Shown in pieces: positions 54,291 to 64,000 of a DNA stretch of 64,000 bases. Both the position numbers and the translations under genes were made by a program. Position 1 is the stretch's first letter; each line of letters starts with the position of its first letter. The stretch is from Macrostomum lignano (lineage: Eukaryota). The notes beneath the pieces are model-generated. The model ran no database searches. It worked only from the letters and a program-made list of their open reading frames with translations, and was not told the DNA's origin. The stretch is taken from assembly GCA_002269645.1 (NCBI GenBank), contig NIVC01000197.1:620001-684000 (forward strand), in the 5' to 3' direction.

Positions 54291-55453
54291 AGTAGTAAGT
54301 GGAAGTCTGGAGTCTGTTAACCCCGAAATCCCACAGTCAGAAAGTGAGAGAGCGTGGAGTTTCTTCTCTCCGCTTCTCACTGTCGAAGCGGTGGCTTTTG
54401 ATCTGTGCCTCAGAAAAAGTGTCCCATTCAGCGCTAAATTTAGCAGCTCTGCAATCCACCCGGGCGGTCATCAGGGTGATGAATAGCGGAAATGAGTTCA
54501 CACTGCTTCTGCGATTCCTGCCAGAATTGCTGGCGGCAGCATTGATAAAGAGAAGCTCACAGAGACCATCTCTTTCTTTCCGTTCTGTTCCAGCCACGTG
54601 CTATTGTATTCTCGATCAAGCACTTGCTGGAAATTAGGCGAGTAAACTGAATATTTAGGAGTCGCTGTTGACGGGACAATCCCAATCTATTCTCCGACAG
54701 GCTCAGAACAATTTTGAAAACTCATTCAAGAGACCCAACGGGATCTCTTAGTAAACAAGCGCATACCGGCCTCACCTCAATGTCTACTCGCACAAGCTCT
54801 GCTTTGAAGCATTGAAATGTCAGTCTTAAGTCAGCTGTAGATCCATCAAAGGGAACAGGGGCCTTTGTGTTTGTTCCTTTCTATTCTTCGTTGGCTCGTA
54901 TTACTTGCGTAATAATTACCAAACCTGATTTATGTCTAAACTCGTTTATACTTCTCTGAGTTGGACTCAGCGACAGGTATGTTTACTGTGATTCCTCTAT
55001 ACATGTAGGCTTTTCTGCTATTGAGCGCAAGATTTTTTTGTAGGCTTCACATTCCTGAGTGCGTGAGGTTCAAGGCACAAAAATAATTCCTCTATTCAGT
55101 TCAGCTACGCTTCTGCAAGTTTGAAACGGAATACAATTACCAGCGCATCTCCTGGACAAATCGATCTTGTGTACTCAGCTCCCTGCAGTCATTGTCGCTA
55201 ACCCCACGGATTGATTGGCCAGCCCCATTTCACCCTATTGAACTCGGCCTTTAGCCAGTGCACCAAGCTCAAGCATAGTAAGAGGGAGCGAGACAGAGAG
55301 TAGACAAGCGGAGATCGCCAGGACCCTCCCTTCTCCCAGCTGGCTCTCAGTGAGTCGCCAGGTCGCAGCCATTCTGAGCGTACCTTTGCTAAGGGGCCAC
55401 GACGAGAGCGGTCCCCAGGCGCCGGGCCTGCAAACCGGCTCAGCTATTTTCAG

Positions 55454-58400
55454 AGACCGCACCCGCGGCTCCTCCGTCTCCGGATTGCCATCTGCGTCCT
55501 CGCCGGGGTCTGCAGCGCTCGGCGGACGGCCCGGTCGGTCGTGGTCGGCCGCAGTCGGCGGAAGCAGCGGAATCGGTGGCGGTGGAGTCGGCGAAGAGGA
55601 CTGGGAGGTGCGGATCGGTCGACCAAAGGATCAGTCGGTGGGATTCTTTGCCGCCAACGAGAGCAGCCTCGGGGGCGCCGGTGGTGGAGGCGGTGGCTTT
55701 GATGACAGCGACGAAGAAGAACGCTTGGTGAAGGCAAGTGCTTGTACATGTACTGCTTTACTATTCCTTGGAGTCGATTTAGTGCATGCGAGTTAAACGA
55801 CTATTCCAAATGCTCATATGTAAGTGTGGATTTTCCAAACCATTTCCTGGGATATCATTATTATGCTGTACATAGATGTTGATACTTCCTATAGCTTACA
55901 TTGCATACATGAGTCTTAAGTATTGTAACAGTTTATGTAAATTGACGTCATTTGCTGTACAGTCAGCACTCCGATGCAAAAAATACGCTACATATGTGCT
56001 TTTTAAAGAAGCTTTCTGTATTAGTCTTGGAATACACACACAAGGAGCACTGTAGTGCATTACAGGATGTAAAACTCAATGATCGAGTAATTTTTTGAAG
56101 GCCACTTTCTTGGAAAAATACACTGTGGAGATAGGAAAAAATTATCTTCACATAATCTCTTATTGAGTTATACCACAGTGGTCTTTGTCAGTTGTCGCAA
56201 GACCAGGTTTCTTCGGGTAGGTACAGTAGTATAGCTTGTCATGTTCCTCGCAACTGGCTCACTACTTCATCCGCCCTTACGTTCTTCAGCGCCAGGTGTA
56301 CATCTGCGTAGTATTCATGAAGATCGGCGAGATAGACACCATCAAGGAGCAGTTCGCAGCGGATGTTCTAATCAAGGCCAAGTGGCGGGAGCCCGACCTG
56401 GACCACAAAAACATCCAACAGGGCAGGCTGGTGAGAAGCGAGCCTTTCTTCGAAAATCTTAGTACAGAACACAGTAAAGTTGAAGCGCAAGAGGTGCAAA
56501 AGTAGTCTTCAAAATGAAACGCTTCCCAGTTGAACTTTCCTAAAAATACTATTTTATTTGAGTCAAAACGATTTTTACTCAGTTCAACCTGCGGATGCCT
56601 TCTAGCCTAGCTAGACGCTTTTTTCCCAATCCCAATCCTAATCTCGAAATCCGAAAAATCTACAGAGCTACACACCAAATTAGGCCATGATTAGTCAGGA
56701 TGGAATATGCTATGAAATGGCATAAATCGATCAGATTTCCATTTCTGACACACAAGTCGCTGGGATCGCCTCGACTAAAATCGCAAATCACGCAATCTAA
56801 TTTGGCTTTGCGTGCAGCAAAGCCAATTTTCAGAGCTGCCGTGGGTGAGGCGAAATTATAACAAAAAATTCGCGTAAACAGTTTCTAATCGATAAACTCT
56901 CGCTGGTTGCATAGCTTATAAGCTTTAAATGAATTTATTCAATCAGACAGTGGTAAAAAATTTTTACTTTGAATTTCAACATCATATACTGTTCTCAACA
57001 TTCTAGGACTACGACTGGTCAAAAAGTTGGACCCCGAAGCTGTACATTGAGAACACTATCGGAGAAGGCAAGGAGCAGGTCTACCAGATGATTTCATTCA
57101 ATGAAGTTGGTCACGCCTTCCTATTTGAAAAGCGGCGCGTCTCGGGTGTTTTCCTGGAAAATCTGGAGCTCAACCACTTCCCGTTTGATGTTCAGGTAAA
57201 TGCATGAAGCCAGCACGATGGCTTGTTGGCCGAATAAGAGCTTTTGCATGAAATCGACGGGATCGTTATCTCTCTGAAAGGCTGTGCGACTTTTTAAAAT
57301 CTGCTCACACGCCTACTCGGGGAGTATCCTAATATTTGCGAGGCAAACGCACGAGTCCGTGTGTTCTTAAGACGTTCTGTGCCCTGTTTCTGTGAAGGTG
57401 GATATAAAAGATGCGATGAATCCGTGTACCCATTACCCTCCCATTGGCATGATATCCGGGCTGGATGCTGCCTAGATGGAATGCTAGCTGAGTGAGCAGC
57501 AGAGTACTCCAACCCTCAAGTAAAAGAGCAGATGAGAAGTGGCATTAGCAACCTTACATGTATTTCTGGCAAGAACAACTAGAGATGGATAGTGGACAGT
57601 GGAAATGCATTTCTTAGGTTCATTGTATGCATTTAAATTCAATGTGACACAAAATTTGCGCAAATAGAATAGAAAATGAGCTTTCACTACAGTTATAGAC
57701 AAAAATCATGCTGACCTACTTAAAGTATAATCAGTAGTTTTTTATATCTTCAAGGACCTGACAATAACGGTGGCATCAAATCTGTCCTCAGCCGAGATTC
57801 GCCTGGTCAACGATCCCGACGAGCCCCACCGGATTAACAAACAGTCGTTTGTTGGTGAGGAATTAAAACTCAATGAATTAATTCTTCGTTGACTTCCGCT
57901 ATAAAAAGCCGCTGAAATTGAATAGTTAGCATTATAATTTCTGTTTGAAATTTACAACTAAGGATATAAACCAGATAAACCCGGAAATTTTTTTGACTAC
58001 GAACGAAATATTCATCAGTCTTTTAAAAATTCCACTAAGGTCTAACAAAGCTAAAAAACACTGAACTTCTCTAATCAACGCCTTAGACGAACAGGAGTGG
58101 TTTTTGTACAAGCACATCGACACGGAGCAGCGAGAGCTGGCCTGCGAGTACGCGGACCAGAGCTCCACCCGGCCTGCGCTGTCCGTGAAGTGTCGCGCCG
58201 CTCGAAGACCAGCTTATTTTATCTGGAATATTTTCCTCGTCACGGTGAGTAGAAGTGCTCCTTCTACTTTTGCTTCAAGTGCTTACCCTCTGACACTACA
58301 TACAAATTCCATATTTGTATGAAGTTCAACCACTATTGAGTTCAGACTGAAGAAAATATTGAGTTATTTTACAGGTCCATTTTGTTGCGCAAAAAGTGTA

Positions 58401-60229
58401 AGCCCACAACTGTTCGATATGTTTTTATTTAATTATATTGCTTGATACTTTTCAATCCATTAACTTCGTTAAAATTCAGTGATGAAAATGAAAAGTTTCG
58501 TGTCGCTTATTCATTTGGCAACTGAAACGTACCTGTCATCATTAAATTTTGCTTGATTCGGAGTAGGACTCACATGTTAATTGGCAAGCTCGTATACCAC
58601 AATACAACTACTACAATTGTTGCCAAACTTACCTTACCAATGCCTTCTATCAACGCCAACAGTTCCTCATCTGCTCCTTGTCGTTGGTAACCTTCGCAGT
58701 GAAGAGGGACCTGCCGCAGAACCGATTGCAGCTGACGTTCACATTGGTGCTCACGCTGGTAGCATTCAAGTTTGTGGTGAACCAATGCTTGCCAAAGATT
58801 TCTTATCTCACGTATCTGGTAAGTTTTTTCGTGCACAGATAGCTCATAGCATCTAACAAGCTTTGAGATACGTGTTACATTATTGTGTGAAGCTTGGTGC
58901 AATTGTATTGTTGTATAATATAATAATAATTGATTATACCTGCCCTAATGGGCACATGTGCAACCGACAACTCAGCCGCAGCTATTGCGCGGCGCATCTA
59001 AGGCTACATACGGCTGTTCAGTGCAAGTACTGGGGGGTCGCCACACACCCTCAATTACCCCAGCTAATGCTGGCACCCATTTTATAACTGGGTGAACTGA
59101 AGCAATGCATGCAGAGTTACAGGTAAGTGTCTTGCTTGAGGGCACAAATTGTTTCGAGGGGATCGAGAATCGAACCCCCGACCTTTTAGTCGTGAGCCCG
59201 ATGCTCTAAAACCCCTCATGTTGCATAAAATGTGAATGTTGTGCTACGATTATTGCAAGTACAAGCCTTATAGGAAATGTCAATAGCAACAGAAAGCAAT
59301 TTAAAACTGCAGGACAAGTACGTGATCAGCAGCCTGTTCATTCTGACGCTAATCTGTCTGTGGCACGGCCTAATTGTGGTCATTGACAAGATCATCCTCG
59401 AACAGTTTGGCATGGTGTGGGACAGTCTGGAAACTTACGTAATCATTGGCATGGCATTCAGCTATGTGGCCTACAACGTTGGCTTTGTCATCATGATTTT
59501 TTGCGTGGTAAGCTCGCACGGTGGAGCGGTCTTGTCACTGGAATGTACTAAGTAAAATAGAATAATGTGCTCAAAGCTGGAAGCCTAAAAATACTACCTA
59601 AATAAAGTCGTTCGTTTAAATTCGATGAAAAACAATATAACACTTTACAGGCCTGCAAGAGGCGACGAATAATGAAGCAGAAGGACAAGGAATACACGGT
59701 GAGCAAGCCTCAATACGATATTGCACCTACCAGCGCCTAAAGTGCTAAGTTGGGCAGCTTTTACGAGCGTAACTTTTTAAAAGACAAACTCTGTCAATTT
59801 TACAATTTTACAGTCGTCCTCTTTTACAATCTAAATTTGCCCAACAAACAATAGTTTTGCATAAAAATGTTTAATGATTTAACTTTGTACTCGTAATTAA
59901 TGTCTACTTCCTCCATATCCGGTTTGATCGCAAGAGGCTCCAATGCAGAAGTTCCGATTAAACGGTCCCCAGCTTGCTAACTCGTAGCTTGCTGGTTATA
60001 ATGCAGAGAAGATATTCTCCCTTTTTATATCGCTTTTAAGCACCGGTGAAGAGTTTTCAGCGCTATCAAAAAGTAATGTAGACTCGCAATAGCTAACCTA
60101 TATTTTCAGGAGCGAGTGAAAATGCAGGTGCGGTCCAAGGGAATGCGAACTAAACGGATGCTACAACAGACTCAGCTGCTACACGAGGTCAAGGAGAATG
60201 GGCAGTCCACGGCGGTTGCGTTCATTTGA
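55454..60229 (+). CDS. Cys-less pentameric ligand-gated ion channel (Pro-loop receptor) subunit; 5' end uncertain
   Basis: join(<55454..55733,56290..56430,57007..57195,57755..57854,58087..58244,58663..58818,59313..59507,59651..59698,60110..60229); phases consistent. VFMKIGEIDT, W.EP, WTPKLYIEN, ENLELNHFPFDVQDL (no loop cysteines), four TM helices, M2 RLQLTFTLVLT, LPKISYLTYLDKY. Candidate first exon 52961..53001 is phase-compatible. Confidence 0.85.
58915..59212 (-). mobile_element. tRNA-derived CORE-like SINE (family B), uninterrupted copy in pLGIC intron
   Basis: Minus strand: B-box GGTTCGATTCTC, TGTGCCCTCAAGCAAGACACTTACC...CTTCAGTTCACCCAGTTATAAAATGGG, (TTA)n tail. Confidence 0.82.
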
Positions 60230-60632
60230 GTTCGACGAAATGACTGCTGTGGTATTCATGTCTGACTTGAGAAATTGTGACAAGAGCTGCGCGATCATGC
60301 AATGTACGAGGAACAATTACCCATAGTTCAATCAGTTTCGGCAAATGGGTGTCTTAACAGCGGGAAGGATTTCTCTATAGCTACAAACCGCAAAAAATCG
60401 CAGATATTGTACCCTCAGGGAGCTTGAAATCTTGGCGCGACTGGGATCATAATCAGCCCCTGAACTCAACCAGCAGTCTGTTGCTCAAGATGTTGCTCAA
60501 GAACATCAGAAGGACTACATCAGCACGCTTTCTGATGCTAGCAAAAATGCAGAAGGTTTAACTTCCTGCTTGAACAGATCAGTCTCGCAGTGAAGGAGAA
60601 GCATATTAGTCGAATTTATTCATCAGAAGCGA

Positions 60633-60812
60633 CTGTTTTCTCGGTTTTACTTCAGCTCTGCGACCCACAGAGTGTCGTTGAAAGAGAATATTCTCTGTTT
60701 TCCGTCGGTTAAAACCCTGCAAAACGTTACACGGCGGGTTCAGTGAGAAACTGGGCTTGACAACACCGCCTTTCTGAGTCTCCGTATATCGAAGCTGAAT
60801 GCCTTGAAGAAA
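60633..60812 (+). pseudogene. Possible remnant of a P-element/THAP9-like transposase
   Basis: LFSRFYFSS..SLKENILCFPSVKTLQNVTRRVQ*ETGLDNTAFLSLRISKLN resembles, from memory, the N-terminal part of invertebrate P-like transposases; in-frame stop. Confidence 0.4.
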
Positions 60813-61872
60813 GCAACCTCTGGTGACATCGACTTATTACTATTGCAGAAGGTCCAAGATTCAACTTATTATCCAAGATTCTATAAATATATACGAGTAC
60901 AATGAGACTATAAAATTGAATATTTAGTCAGAATTAGACAGGAAAACTGGAATTGTTCCACGGGAAAGATTACAGGGCCATTACGCTCGTACGTGTATAG
61001 GTAGGCTAGGCCCCTATATCATGTAGGTACGCCCCACAGAGGTTTCTCATCCAGGCTCTACGAGCTAGTTACAAGGACCACTGTAGGTCCTTGGCTAGTT
61101 ATAGAGAAATCTTTGCCAGGAGGTGAGTCAATGTGTATTTAACTTTAAAATAACTTCAAAATTGCTCATTTAAACATTTTTTCTTTTTCCTCATAACAAA
61201 TAAATTTAATTTTCGGCCTGGTTGTCTCGCTCTAAGCTAGCTATTGACTCAATACACAAGCTTCTATAAATCTTATTGGGTTATCGTAGTTTTAGCTAAC
61301 TTTAATTGTAACTGTACTCTCACGAATAGATCCTGTCGCTTCGGAAACAAGCTTATACAATTGACTTACATGCAGGATGCAGCTCAAATGCGAGCTTTTG
61401 TCGAAACGTTGACAATCTCCAATGCCAACCGTTTGTCTGCGTCAGTTATTTTCTTTTTTGTCCGGTCCTACAGCTAGCAGAACCGTTCTTATATGTTTAG
61501 CCGTACCTACAGCTGAGACTCCGCTTGCAACTTTAGTCACTGCGAATTGCCCTCATTTGACTTTTTCCGAGGCACCTGCTATACACCAATTGGCTTTGAA
61601 CCCGAATCTCTACTGATTAAACTTCAAACAACAACGCAGCTCTTTACTGTCCATAAACAGTAAGCTCACATATGCCGCGCGCGCTGTCAGTGCAACTAAA
61701 TTTCAGGCACCAGCAACTGCATCACACGACACACGCAATATTCATTTTACAAATAAAAGATAATTAAATCGATTAAATTTTCAAATGTTTTTTTGAAGTT
61801 CAATGTATTTCCGATAGCATCATTGCAGACTTCAAGCGACACTCAGTCAATTGCAGAGCGTACTTGCAGATC

Positions 61873-64000
61873 TTACTGTGAACCAGAGTTTCCCTTAGTA
61901 GCCAGGTAAGGCCTCTGTTCCGTTGGACAGTTCACCCGGTCGTTCAAGACCCAGTCGGTTCGCTTCTTACCAACGGGTTCCAGCTGAAAGTGTGTAGATG
62001 AAGTTGAATGACGCTTGATGCTTCGACTGACATACTTAGTAGGAAGCTAATAGTTGATTTTGGAGACTCATTAATGAATGAAATTCAAACAATTGATGAA
62101 TATAAATATCTCGATGCGACGACTCGACTCATGGAGATAACTTGAATCTCACCATGGTATTCCAAAGAGCCAGTCCGCCAAGCGCATGTCCTTTGTCGCT
62201 CAGGTGGAAGCAGTCGGGCGCAAAGTAGGCCATGTCCGGCTCTCCCTGCCGTGGATTTTTAGGGTAGAAAGAAGTTTCATTCATGAACGAATGGTTTACA
62301 ACAATACCTTTTGGACTTATTGGAGCAAATACGCTCGTATTTATTGGATTTGTTATTTTTTGTATCTGACGATGATGCATCTGCTTGTGCTTGATTGAGA
62401 AATTATTTTACGCTTTTACGAGTACTCCTGCTGTAACAAACCTTTCATGTATTAAGAAAAATATCGTTGCTTCACTCGAAGTAATCATCTCAAATCTTTA
62501 AAAAACATCAAACTTATGTTTGGTTAAATCCTTTAAATCTGTACCAAGGATGTCTGCCTTAGCCAATTGTTTGTACCACACATTCAAACTAAAAAACATG
62601 CCCTGACGCACATTCGGTAGAGTAGGTGGGGTAATTTCGCGAAGGAAGGGCTGCAGAACAACAGTGAAGTCGGACTTTCGAGTCCATTTGGGATCTTCAG
62701 CAATCCTCCTGGCACGCCGCTGAAGCTCCATCGAGTACTCATAGACCTCCTCTTTGGACAATGTGGAACCGCATTTGCACCAGAAAGTCCTGCGCGTTTG
62801 TTTGCGAGTGTAATGTACATAGATTAGTTGCCATTATACATCAATTAAAGCTTAGTGCTTTAGTGCTAAGCTACAGATATTAAAAAAACTACATGAGTTG
62901 TGCATTACTGGAAATTTCATTCCCAATGCCCTGCCCAATACAAACTGAAAACAGTGCAATTTACTCACTGAAGCAAAGCTTTGCAGACAAGACTCTGATC
63001 CTTCAGATCATTAACTGCTGCCACATCCATCATCTCAATGAGATTGACAAACGCTCGAGGCACATTGTCGTACAGGTAATCCAAAGCAGTTCTAATATGC
63101 TTCTCATAGTTTTCTACAGAGAATCTGCTGGGATCCTTGCAGTGGTCGCAGACGTCGTTGCCTCCGATGAAGAGGTTAATTAGCTTCCAATCGGTCTCGA
63201 ATGCCACCTTTTTGTCCTTTTTCATCTTTTCCACCAGTTGTCTGGCTTGGCGAGGCATATCTCTGGAGTAAAGAAATTAAAACAAAGTTGAAACAGTTAA
63301 AACAATTGGGACTGCTGATCCTAATAACAATACGAGGTCGATTTAATTAAGTCGATTCCGATCCTTGCCAATGAAGTCATGCACATTCACAGTTTATCTA
63401 ACACGATCTAAAAATTTCTATAAGGCCCATCAAAATCGACTCAGTCGGGATTTTAAACACAGAGTCGATAGCAACAGGCTTACTCAGCTCTGTTGCCCAC
63501 CACAGCCTCGTTGAAGCCGGCGAAGATGCCGTCCGGGCCACTAATTCCAGTCGAGAAACCGGTGAGTTTTGGGTTGAACTTCTTCAGCACGGCTGAAATG
63601 GTGCGGAACGATTTCTTCATTGGTAACAGCAAAGCATAGACATGTGTATTTTTTGCTTGTTAGATGCCAGAAATTACATGTAAACTTTAATTCGACTGAT
63701 GTCCTCTTAATAGGGGATCACTAGAAATTATGAGTACTCATACTAGCATCAGGATCGATTTTTATCTCTAATTTTCGAGTTTGCGTTCATTTTCATAATT
63801 TTACATTAATTTTCCGACTTAACTTGGCATAGTAGTGTGCTGAGACAAGTCTTCTTTGCCGCCCATGGTAAAACTGTGGCCCCGGTATTGCGTAAAGATG
63901 GTGAGCAGATTCTTGGAGTAAATGCCCATGCCAGCGGTGAGAGAGTCGCCGATGGCTCCAACAACATCGATATCAGCTGGCCGCAGTTTGTCAACGCTAG
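61873..64000 (-). CDS. PLB1: Phospholipase B1-like SGNH/GDSL lipase, 5' part outside the window
   Basis: complement(join(61873..61983,62153..62245,62612..62789,62969..63262,63484..63592,63824..>64000)); phases consistent. SVDKLRPADIDVVGAIGDSLTAG, DWKLINLFIGGND, DFTVVLQPF, FAPDCFHLS.KGH. Confidence 0.92.

Noticed and set aside
54337-54597. 86-aa minus-strand ORF with a possible donor near 54378
   Set aside because: No homology recognised and no partner exons identified.

Overview
Eukaryotic (invertebrate animal) genomic DNA with GT-AG spliceosomal introns; not prokaryotic. GC-rich exons, minisatellite-packed introns and a Cys-less pentameric channel would fit a lophotrochozoan such as the flatworm Macrostomum, but that is an unverified inference. 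Five spliced genes can be rebuilt with consistent exon phases: GDP-fucose transporter SLC35C1 (+), NDR/STK38 kinase (-), canonical poly(A) polymerase (-), a Cys-less pentameric ligand-gated ion channel (+, N-terminus uncertain) and a phospholipase B1-like SGNH lipase (-, runs off the window end). Also present: tRNA-Thr(CGT), a full-length but nonsense-damaged Ty3/Gypsy element (221-bp LTRs, CATAT TSD), a 5'-truncated RTE-like LINE, two tRNA-derived SINE families (one CORE-like), several MITE/foldback elements and about 19 tandem-repeat arrays. Most unusual observations: (i) PAP intron 2 is a tandem array of its own 3' splice site; (ii) unrelated intron-filling minisatellites share an ACTCA/TGACTCA core; (iii) one MITE family shows the same minisatellite at about 4 units in one copy and about 30 in another; (iv) sharply bounded AT-rich, CpG-poor blocks are enriched in TAGGCCTA while TACATGTA is enriched elsewhere, with CpG-decay signatures in the LTRs. 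All coordinates and counts were read by eye and should be confirmed computationally.
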